12,112 nucleotides of DNA from Oligoflexales bacterium (GTDB lineage: Bacteria; Bdellovibrionota_B; Oligoflexia; Oligoflexales; Bog-1112), in assembly GCA_045105515.1 (NCBI GenBank), contig JBGCDR010000133.1, positions 1 to 12,112 of the forward strand, given 5' to 3'. Position numbers and translations under genes: made by a program. A model generated the notes under the pieces. The model was not told the DNA's origin, made no database searches, and saw only the letters and a list, made by a program, of their open reading frames with translations. Position 1 is the first letter of the stretch; every line of letters starts with the position of its first letter. Below, piece after piece: positions 1 through 7,483 of the stretch.

Positions 1-112
1 CTTAAGATTTTTCTCTTATTAGCTCTTAAACACATCTTAGGAAGGGGAATTTTGATGAAAATATTTTTTTCAAGCACAAATTTGTTTTGAATTCTGGACG
101 GCAAGATTATTT

Positions 113-472
113 TTGCATTTTCTTATTGAATTCAAGAAATATATTGGATCTCATACTGGTGGTTTAAATATGAAAAATGCAGGCATTGCTTTCATAGGCT
201 GCTATGATGATAAAGGTTGTGTAGAAGAAGGTTACCAAGTTACTAATGTTACTGACGAAATGATAAATTCAGCCGCAAATTTAATAGCCTACCTCTCTCT
301 AAACAAAGGATTATCTATATCTCCGGAAACTGTCATCCCTCGCAGCATGTATGATCTTAACGAGAAAGGTAAAACTAAGTTTCCATATAGTCCGGGCAAT
401 AGAATGGCCGAAAAAGTTGCAGAAATCGTTAGACTTTCACTTCTTAAGATAGAAAGTGTAAGAACAAGCTGA
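113..472 (+). pseudogene. C-terminal half of a PGRP / N-acetylmuramoyl-L-alanine amidase (Amidase_2)-like domain; 5' part disrupted
   Basis: YIGSHTGGLNMKNAGIAFIGCYD...VTDEMINSAANLIAYL...YSPG matches the PGRP pattern G-A-H-T-x-G-x-N-xx-S-I-G-I-A-F-I-G...P-T-xx-Q...[CS]PG. The N-terminal HHT/HH motif is absent and there is an in-frame TGA at 56-58. An upstream RBS (AGGAAGGGG, 39-47) and ATG at 55 open a different frame that stops at 88-90. Confidence 0.6.
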
Positions 473-722
473 TATCACATTTCTTGGATTGTAAGTTTTC
501 TTGCTATACCAGCTGATAATTTTCAATTATTTTTTTACACTTAGATTTTAATCCCATCATGTTTACAAATACTCAACGAGACTAAATGGAGCCCAGGCTC
601 AAGACCTCTCAATAAATATTGAGTATCTCGTACATATTGTTCTTCGCAATCGCTGCATTAGTTTAAGGATGTTAACAAATGTAGATGTTTAGGATTTTTA
701 TCAGGGCGTACTCATTGGGAAT

Positions 723-2198
723 TCATACCTTACTTTGTTTATAATTCCCTTCAATCTTAGCGAATACACTGCGTTCAATATCTATATTTCCTGCATTCGC
801 TTCAATTTTTCCAAGAACTGCAATCACCAAACAAGAAGCAATAAACCCCGGTATCAGGGAAAAACCCGATAAGGCATCATGATATCCACCTAATCTGATG
901 ATTGTTTCGGTGATTAATACCGTGACCGTGCCCGAAACAATCCCGAGCATAGCCCCTTTATAGCTTAGCTTATCCCAAAATAGGCTAAATAACATTAAAG
1001 GCCCGAAGGAAGCGCCTATGCCTGCCCAAGCTATGCCTACGTAGTCAAAAATGCTGGATTTTGGATTCAAAGCAATAAGAAAAGAAATACCTGATACTAT
1101 AACCAAACCCAAACGCGATAGCTTAGTTTGATGCTTGCATAAAGTCGCTGGTAAAAGGGGTGCTAAAATATCTTCCGTAAGCGAGCTTGAAGCGAGCAAG
1201 AGCTGAGCGGATGCGCTACTCATAATTGCCGATAGAACTGCTGAAAACATCCAAGCTGCAATCCATGGATTAAACACCTCGCTAGAAAGTTGCATAAACA
1301 ACATTTCTGGCTTTTCTAGCTCAACCCCTTCATAGAGCACCTTTGCTAACAGTCCTATAAGTACTGCACCAAACAAAGCAAAAAACATCCATATCGAGCA
1401 AATTTTTCTCGCAGCTGGCAGCTCATCTAAAGACCGAATAGCCATAAAACGCACAGCAATATGAAATTGACCGAAATAACCAAATCCCCATGCTAAGCAA
1501 GAAAATATATGAATCCATGAAAAATCATTAAACATATTTAAATAGTCTTCGGAGGACACAGTTTTAGGGAGAGTAAAACCTGACTTAAGGGAAAAATAGG
1601 TAAAAATCGGAACCGAAAGGATGGCAGCAAACATCAATATACCCTGAAAAAAATCGATCCAGGTAACTGCAACAAAGCCACCTAATATGGTGTAAACCAA
1701 GACAAAACCCGAGCATAAAGCCAATGAATCTAGATAAGATAAGCCAAAAAGATGCTCACATAACATAGCCCCACCAAGAAAACTTGCACCAGCATAAAGG
1801 GTAAAAAAAATACAAATAGAAACTGCCAACAAAACTTTAATTCCACGGCCTCGTTCGCCAAAGCGCTTGCTAAAATAATCAGGCAAAGTTAAAGAATCTA
1901 AGCTGGCAGTGAATGATCTAAGACGAGGAGCAACAAGTATCCAATTTAAATAAGCTCCAAGGAAAAGTGCAAGTGGCAACCAAATTGACCTTAGACCCTG
2001 TATGAAAACTAAAGCTGGAAGTGACATCATTAGCCAGTTACTCATATCAGAAGTACCGGCAGCCAGTGCAGTCATAAGTCCTGAATTCTTTCGCCCACCA
2101 ATAATAAAGTCGGCGTGAGATTTAGCTTTAAGCTTAGCAAGCAATGAGATCCCTATAATGATTGCAGTATATATCAATATTGTAATCAAGTTTTCCAT
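723..2198 (-). CDS. putP: Sodium/proline symporter (solute:sodium symporter family)
   Basis: Many hydrophobic segments with PutP motifs: DFIIGGR, ALAAGTSDMSNWLMMSLP, GAYLNWILVAPRLR, LTLPDYFSKRF, YTILGGFVAVTWIDFFQG, WGFGYFGQFHIAVRFMAIRS, SAIMSSASAQLL, AWAGIGASFGP. The ORF extends to a TTG at 2222, but the ATG at 2198 (MENLITILIY) is the likelier start. Confidence 0.9.
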   Translation of the reverse strand: MENLITILIYTAIIIGISLLAKLKAKSHADFIIGGRKNSGLMTALAAGTSDMSNWLMMSLPALVFIQGLRSIWLPLALFLGAYLNWILVAPRLRSFTASLDSLTLPDYFSKRFGERGRGIKVLLAVSICIFFTLYAGASFLGGAMLCEHLFGLSYLDSLALCSGFVLVYTILGGFVAVTWIDFFQGILMFAAILSVPIFTYFSLKSGFTLPKTVSSEDYLNMFNDFSWIHIFSCLAWGFGYFGQFHIAVRFMAIRSLDELPAARKICSIWMFFALFGAVLIGLLAKVLYEGVELEKPEMLFMQLSSEVFNPWIAAWMFSAVLSAIMSSASAQLLLASSSLTEDILAPLLPATLCKHQTKLSRLGLVIVSGISFLIALNPKSSIFDYVGIAWAGIGASFGPLMLFSLFWDKLSYKGAMLGIVSGTVTVLITETIIRLGGYHDALSGFSLIPGFIASCLVIAVLGKIEANAGNIDIERSVFAKIEGNYKQSKV

Positions 2199-2380
2199 AA
2201 GTAAGCTTAGCCTTAAACTCAAATTATTTTAGCTGATAGACCGGCCACTATTTCTAGCATGTTCACAAAAAAGATACAAAAGTTCAGAGTTTTAAACCTT
2301 GTTATTTAGACCCTTATTTATAGTAGTACTCAATAGAACTAATATGCATTATCATAGACTTGAGAGTAAGGTCCTAAAAT

Positions 2381-2692
2381 ATGAAAAGAGGTTTAGCTTT
2401 GGAATGGCAAGAAGCAGTAAAAGATTTTTTTTCACAACCTTTTGGGGTTTTTGGTTCCGTTTGCATCATGGCAGCGGTCACCTGTTTCAACAGTGTTTGG
2501 CTTAAAAACAAGTTATCTAAACAATTAAGTACCCACTGGTTAAACCTTATGCTCAATGGACTTAATACCATTGGGGGGATCAGCTTGCTTATCAATGCCA
2601 TCATAAGAAATGAAATAGTCTGGAAGGTTTTAGAGGTTTACTTTATCGTAATCTCCCTCAAAGGGTTCATTCAAGAACTGAAAAACAAGTAA
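2381..2692 (+). CDS. Small ~3-TM membrane protein, resembling the CBU_0592 family
   Basis: AAGGT RBS at 2368-2372, 8 nt before the ATG. The pattern FGVFGSVCIMAA...LNTIGGISLLINAI...LEVYFIVISLKG resembles the CBU_0592-like G-x-x-G / LN-x-x-G / E-x-x-[FW]-x-x-IS-x-x-G arrangement. Family call by eye. Confidence 0.65.
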   Translation: MKRGLALEWQEAVKDFFSQPFGVFGSVCIMAAVTCFNSVWLKNKLSKQLSTHWLNLMLNGLNTIGGISLLINAIIRNEIVWKVLEVYFIVISLKGFIQELKNK

Positions 2693-2808
2693 ATTTCCAT
2701 ATTTACAAAATATTTTTCCCCTCAATGGATTTTTATAGCATTTTCGCAAACTCTTACTTAGTATTGAATTCCCTCTTTATGGTAAGTTTATTGTAAAGGT
2801 AATTGCTT

Positions 2809-3681
2809 ATGAAAAACCAGTCATTGATTAAAAAGTCAACAGCTGTAGGCTTTATTTGTTTGGTCTTCAATTGCTCATCTCACAGCAAGTCAGCATTGTC
2901 CTTAGACAATCAAGTCCCAAACGACCTTTATTCATGTGTAGATGCAAGCAAAAGGTGGGACTATATAGCTCACTCATGTATGGCCCCAAGAAACTGGCAA
3001 AAGGTACCCAAATCTTATAGAGACCGCCTCGATCGACCGTTAAACCTTAAAGAGCTCAAACAAGCTAAAAGTGACATGAAACTAAAGTCTTGGCGCACAA
3101 TTTCTACAGAAAATGCCCCTCATGCAATTATTCTAATCGGTACTGCTGGTTCCGGAAAATCAAGTTTAGTACCTTCACTAAATAAATGGTTTACTGGCTA
3201 CAATCAAAACAACTATGTTCAATTTGATGGAGACATCTTAAGAAAAAATCACAAAGATTATAGAGAGATTTCTTCTCTAAAATCTGTAGCTTATACCGAC
3301 GCCTGGCTTGTTGCTAAACCACATTTTGCAACAATGAAAAAAAATCTACTTAATCAAATTATCACTGAACACCGCAATGTTGTGATCCCAACAGGAGTGC
3401 ATGGACAAAGATATTACAAGATCATGAAAGAACATGGTTATCGCATTTCTCTCATAGGCATCTATGTAGACTTCAAAACTGCGTTTTACCGGGGAATGAA
3501 TAGGGCAGAGTGGACAGGAAGAACCTATACCGGAGGTTACCAACATTGGCAAACAGGACTAAAGCACATTCTCGCTTTATCGAAGGCGTCTAAGAATCTT
3601 CCAACACTCTTGCTTAATAACAGCAACTTTAATTCACCTCAACAAATGAAGTTAGGGGAGCTTAGTCTACAGATTAAATAG
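2809..3681 (+). CDS. Zeta toxin/PezT-like P-loop kinase with N-terminal signal or lipoprotein-like peptide
   Basis: Walker A AIILIGTAGSGKSS (GTAGSGKS at 3139-3162). QFDGDILRKNHKDY resembles the PezT/zeta catalytic-Asp motif (D-G-D-x-F-R-xx-H-P-x-Y). GYRISLIGIYV...R...R...GR and LLNNS follow the family order. AAGGT RBS at 2796-2800. N-terminus MKNQSLIKKSTAVGFICLVFNCSS. Confidence 0.75.
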   Translation: MKNQSLIKKSTAVGFICLVFNCSSHSKSALSLDNQVPNDLYSCVDASKRWDYIAHSCMAPRNWQKVPKSYRDRLDRPLNLKELKQAKSDMKLKSWRTISTENAPHAIILIGTAGSGKSSLVPSLNKWFTGYNQNNYVQFDGDILRKNHKDYREISSLKSVAYTDAWLVAKPHFATMKKNLLNQIITEHRNVVIPTGVHGQRYYKIMKEHGYRISLIGIYVDFKTAFYRGMNRAEWTGRTYTGGYQHWQTGLKHILALSKASKNLPTLLLNNSNFNSPQQMKLGELSLQIK

Positions 3682-3699
3682 TCGACAGTAATCCTTAGC

Positions 3700-3852
3700 T
3701 CAACAAGAGCGGGAAGAAAAACAGTTTTGTAGAATTTCTTGTTGGATCTCTATATCACCAACTAATGTGATGTTTTTATCAACAATTAAGGGCATTGCTT
3801 CAAAGAGGATTAGACTTAAAAAAAATAATCTGCGTTTTAGCTTATTATTCAC
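3700..3852 (-). CDS. Unannotated 50-aa ORF with signal-peptide-like N-terminus; small protein or truncated secreted-protein remnant
   Basis: Read by hand: AGGAGG (3858-3863) 5 nt upstream of GTG at 3852. Translation MNNKLKRRLFFLSLILFEAMPLIVDKNITLVGDIEIQQEILQNCFSSRSC*, with TGA at 3702-3700. Confidence 0.45.
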   Translation of the reverse strand: MNNKLKRRLFFLSLILFEAMPLIVDKNITLVGDIEIQQEILQNCFSSRSC

Positions 3853-4058
3853 AATGTCCTCCTAACAAGGAGAGTATTCGTAAGATTTATGAGCGAATCT
3901 TCTTTTGGACACATCGTGATATCTATAGGTGATTCTATTCAACTTGTCAATTGTCTTTGCTGATTGAATTAGAAATATATTTGCTAGCTTTAAGTACTGA
4001 ACATTAGTCTAGATTTTACAAAAAGATCCTAAACATGCTTTAGCAAGAATATATCATC

Positions 4059-4829
4059 CTATTTAACACCATATTTTTCCATTATTCCTTTTAGGACAGC
4101 TTCTGATTTTAATTTTTTCAATATAAGATCATATGACTTTTTTATTTTTTTAATCCCAGGATATTCAGAATTACGAACGAAGCTATTATAGTAAAAACTA
4201 CTTTTTACTGGTTTTGCAAGCGGAGAGATTTTTCCAATACTTTTGTTCTCCTTGGCTTGGTATAAAGCAACGACACGATTTAGTAAAACTAAGTCAATCT
4301 TGTTTTTTATCAGATTCTGTAGTTGCTGACTGTTCTGATGTTCATAAACAGGTTTAAGGATACCTGTATCAATGGCATTCCAAAAATCAATCGTATATGC
4401 AAACCCATGGGTCACCCCTACTCGTGCTCCTTTAAGATCAGCGAAAGACTCAAATTTATACTTGTTTTTATTGGCTTGTAGTACAAAAAAGTTCCAGTTT
4501 ATTTTTAAATGAGGTTCGAGCGCAAAATCTAGGTATCTTTCTCTTTCCTTCGTTTTAGAAAAGCTTAATATCATATCCGCAGACTTTTCTTCGTATATTT
4601 TTTTTAAACCTGGGGAGGATTCCAATAAGATAACCTTATAAGAGATTTTTAGGTGTTGAAATACTTGCTCTATAATGTCAATATCAATGCCTTTGAGTTT
4701 CTTATTTTTGTCATAAAATCTTAAAGGAGCCTCGGGAATTCCCGCAATACGAAAAACCTTTGCAAATCCATCACTCGTTTGCAAAATCAACATGCATAGC
4801 AAAACGCTTAGCCATTTTCTTACCGTCAT
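4059..4829 (-). CDS. Orphan periplasmic substrate-binding protein, family 3 (SBP_bac_3-like)
   Basis: Signal peptide ending GFA. Motifs EAPLRFYD...GIDIDII, ADMILSFSKTKERERYLDF, FADLKGARVGVTHGFAY, KNKIDLV, and terminal LKGIMEKYG. AGGAGA RBS upstream. No permease or ATPase genes adjacent. Confidence 0.85.
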   Translation of the reverse strand: MTVRKWLSVLLCMLILQTSDGFAKVFRIAGIPEAPLRFYDKNKKLKGIDIDIIEQVFQHLKISYKVILLESSPGLKKIYEEKSADMILSFSKTKERERYLDFALEPHLKINWNFFVLQANKNKYKFESFADLKGARVGVTHGFAYTIDFWNAIDTGILKPVYEHQNSQQLQNLIKNKIDLVLLNRVVALYQAKENKSIGKISPLAKPVKSSFYYNSFVRNSEYPGIKKIKKSYDLILKKLKSEAVLKGIMEKYGVK

Positions 4830-5030
4830 GGGCTCTCCTACTCAGCATCCCATAGATTTCATTGCTTTATATTTACCCAAATGGTACCACATCTTCTATA
4901 AGACCTAAAGAAACAGTAGGTAAAATCACTTTAGGAATTCCCACTTAAAAAATAACCATTCCATCCACAATTGTATTATATATTGACACCCTGCTGATAA
5001 ATTATCTCATTAAATACAGATTGTTATGAT

Positions 5031-5047
5031 TTGGCCTAAGGATTGCT
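5031..5047 (+). promoter_or_regulatory. Putative sigma-54 (-24/-12) promoter
   Basis: TTGGCCTAAGGATTGCT has GG-N10-GC spacing with TGGC and TTGCT cores, about 43 nt upstream of the ATG at 5090. Confidence 0.65.
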
Positions 5048-5089
5048 TTTGTAGACCAGTAGTAACATTATTTAGAGGAGAAAAAAGTT

Positions 5090-5236
5090 ATGAATTTTTT
5101 AAGCGTATCTATTATTGCATCTGCTGTAATCTCTTTAATGGCCTTTGCACTTGGAGAAAGCTACGAAAAACCTGTTGATGAATTACAAGAAGGTGCCCAG
5201 GTAGAAGAAGTTGCAAAACACCCTCCCATCAAGTAA
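5090..5236 (+). CDS. Unannotated 48-aa secreted small protein
   Basis: GAGGAG RBS at 5075-5080. Translation MNFLSVSIIASAVISLMAFALGESYEKPVDELQEGAQVEEVAKHPPIK*: hydrophobic N-terminus, A-F-A signal peptidase site, acidic tail. Flanked by a promoter-like motif and a terminator. Confidence 0.75.
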   Translation: MNFLSVSIIASAVISLMAFALGESYEKPVDELQEGAQVEEVAKHPPIK

Positions 5237-5257
5237 GCGCTCTTAATTAAATTTAGT

Positions 5258-5296
5258 AAAAAAACCAGCAGAACATTGTAACTGCTGGTTTTTTTT
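5258..5296 (+). terminator. Intrinsic (Rho-independent) terminator, potentially bidirectional
   Basis: AAAAAAACCAGCAG - 10-nt loop (AACATTGTAA) - CTGCTGGTTTTTTTT: a perfect inverted repeat with an 8-T tail, 21 nt after the TAA at 5236. Confidence 0.85.
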
Positions 5297-5406
5297 GTTG
5301 TGAGATAGCTCTTTTAATTATTCTCATCAATGGTTATGCTTAGAATATTGCTCTAGTTCAAATTAAAGTTAGATAATGATAGTTCAATGCTATTTTGAGG
5401 TGTTTT

Positions 5407-5949
5407 ATGATGGGGAAAATGATTCGAAGATCTTTAATCAGGACTCTTATAATACTGCCTTTTCCCCTTACTTTTTCGCTCATAAGTTTTTCTAAGAAAC
5501 TCGATGATCATGAAAAAAAGAAGATCGTGGAAGCTAAAATACAGAGATTCGAAAATGATTTTTCGGCTCCCCAAGTTTCAGTAGCCGACTTGATGAAACT
5601 TTTGAAAAAAGATCGTTCTGAGATTGTCATAGTAGATGTTCGCACAAAACAGGAACAAGATATTTCAATGTTGCAAGGGGCAATCAGCAGTGATGATTTT
5701 TTAAAAAATGCAGCCCGGTACAAAGGAAAGACAGTAGTCAGCTATTGCACTATCGGCTACCGGAGTTCTTTATTCACAGAGAAACTAAAAAGAAAAGGTA
5801 TCAAAGCTTTCAATCTTAGAGGCAGCCTTTTACTATGGACGCACTCTGAAGGAAAGCTTTATGACCAATCTGGTAAGGAAACCAGAAAGATTCATGTTTA
5901 CGGCCGAGACTGGAATCTAGTTCCAGAATCTTACGAACCTGAATACTAG
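5407..5949 (+). CDS. Rhodanese-like domain protein with N-terminal export signal or membrane anchor
   Basis: IVIVDVRTKQEQDISMLQGAI, active-site loop VVSYCTIGYRS (Cys codon 5746-5748), and AFNLRGSLLLW. GAGG at 5397-5400 favours an ATG at 5407 or 5410 over the TTG at 5395. Confidence 0.85.
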   Translation: MMGKMIRRSLIRTLIILPFPLTFSLISFSKKLDDHEKKKIVEAKIQRFENDFSAPQVSVADLMKLLKKDRSEIVIVDVRTKQEQDISMLQGAISSDDFLKNAARYKGKTVVSYCTIGYRSSLFTEKLKRKGIKAFNLRGSLLLWTHSEGKLYDQSGKETRKIHVYGRDWNLVPESYEPEY

Positions 5950-6181
5950 CCTACCCCAGGCCCCCTCCTCAGAGAGTCCCCGTCCCCCACTTTTCACCTT
6001 TTGATTGATTTAATATTAATAATGCAAGGGCGGTGCCATTGACCCGACCCTTATATTCAGACACTTACAGTAAGTTAAAAAGATGAGGATTTAGTCAGCT
6101 GTATAGTTTTATGACATCATCCGCCAAAATTACGTATTCCAGTTGATTTAAAAGGGCAATTGCATATCATCAAATGAGCGA

Positions 6182-7483
6182 TTGGCCAAAGCCCTTACAT
6201 ACGATTCAGGTAACTCATTGAAATTTATACATTGTGCAGATCTACATATCGACAGCCCTATGAAAAAGCTGACAGCATATGCTGACTCACCTGCAGATGA
6301 CATCAAATCTGCGACGAGACATGCTTTTGAGAAGATCATAGAGTATTGTCTTACTGAAGGAGCGGAGTTTCTCCTTATTTCAGGTGATTTATTTGACGGA
6401 AACTGTCGTGATTTCAACACGATCCTATGGATCTGCAAGCAGGTCCGCCGCCTAGGTGAAACTCCTGTCTTGATTGTCCATGGCAATCACGACTACGCAA
6501 ATGGCCCTGCAAGGCTAATACCCTGGCCAAAAAATGTTCACCTATTTCCTTACGATCGCGCCTCTACGAAAACATTCTTATCAAGTGAAGGAATAAAGGT
6601 CGCAATTCATGGTCAGAGTTATTCGAAACCAGCTGTAAAAGAAAATTTGGCTATTAGCTTTCCAGATGCGGTAAATGGTGCAATTAATATTGGCTTACTT
6701 CACTGTAATTTTGAAGGATCTATTGACCATGACCCATATGCGCCATGCAAAAGGGCTGATTTAGTCAGTAAGTCCTATGATTATTGGGCCTTGGGACATA
6801 TTCATAAATCTATATGCTATGAGCCAAGTAGAGCTGGGGAGCCATGGATAGTATACCCTGGTAATATTCAAGGTCGTCATATCCGCGAATCTGGACCCAA
6901 AGGCTGCTTCCTTGTAAATGCCAAGCAAGACGGGACCTGTGCAAAACCCAAGTTTTTAAGTACTGATACCCTCAGATGGTATGAGCTCCTTGTTGAGTTA
7001 ACCCCCCAGGACACAAACGAAGATGATCTGATCGCAAAACTGGAAAAGCAGCTTGAGGAACTAAACGAAAAAGAAAACAAGCACTCCATGGCCTTAAGAA
7101 TCCATTTAAAGGGAAAAACAAAGCTATATCAACAGCTAATTTCCGAGTGGACTGCTACAGAACTAAGGATCAGGGATCACTGCTCCAACTACCAAAATAT
7201 TTGGCTTGAAAAAGTTAGGACTACCTTAAAACCATGCCATGACCTCAACCAGCTTAAACATAACCCCTTTCTCTCTAAAGTTATGGATGATTTTGATCAG
7301 CTCTTCAAATCTGGTGAACACCGAACTATTCTCGACTCTTGGGCGAAAGAGGTTGAAAAAGCAACAGGTGACCTAGTGCATAAATCAAATTGGGATGAAA
7401 AACAAAACATCGAGCATATCCTGCATAAGTCCCAAGAATACTTACTTGGTAAATTAGTCGACGAGGGCTTCTTTGAAGATTGA
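6182..7483 (+). CDS. Mre11/SbcD-like metallophosphoesterase DNA repair exonuclease (YhaO-type)
   Basis: Motifs FIHCADLHIDSP, ISGDLFD, HGNHD, IGLLH, YAPC, DYWALGHIH and YPGNIQGRHIRESGPKGC are typical of the YhaO subfamily. Alternative TTG start at 6218 (LKFIHCAD). Confidence 0.9.
   Translation: MAKALTYDSGNSLKFIHCADLHIDSPMKKLTAYADSPADDIKSATRHAFEKIIEYCLTEGAEFLLISGDLFDGNCRDFNTILWICKQVRRLGETPVLIVHGNHDYANGPARLIPWPKNVHLFPYDRASTKTFLSSEGIKVAIHGQSYSKPAVKENLAISFPDAVNGAINIGLLHCNFEGSIDHDPYAPCKRADLVSKSYDYWALGHIHKSICYEPSRAGEPWIVYPGNIQGRHIRESGPKGCFLVNAKQDGTCAKPKFLSTDTLRWYELLVELTPQDTNEDDLIAKLEKQLEELNEKENKHSMALRIHLKGKTKLYQQLISEWTATELRIRDHCSNYQNIWLEKVRTTLKPCHDLNQLKHNPFLSKVMDDFDQLFKSGEHRTILDSWAKEVEKATGDLVHKSNWDEKQNIEHILHKSQEYLLGKLVDEGFFED

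Noticed and set aside
2299..2604. Track ORFs 2299..2505 (+) and 2374..2604 (-)
   Set aside because: They overlap the better-supported 2381..2692 gene, which has an RBS and family-like pattern, and show no recognisable motifs.
2381..2692. Small upstream ORF as the antitoxin of the zeta-like gene
   Set aside because: It is a hydrophobic membrane protein 116 nt away, unlike soluble helical epsilon/PezA antitoxins, which are usually tightly coupled. It cannot be fully excluded.
2780..2795. TGGTAAGTTTATTGTA as a sigma-54 promoter for the zeta-like gene
   Set aside because: The -12 element is GT rather than GC, and the implied start would fall downstream of the RBS.
6099..6114. CTGTATAGTTTTATGA as a LexA box before the repair genes
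   Set aside because: Only the left half matches CTGT-N8-ACAG, and the LexA motif for this lineage is unknown.
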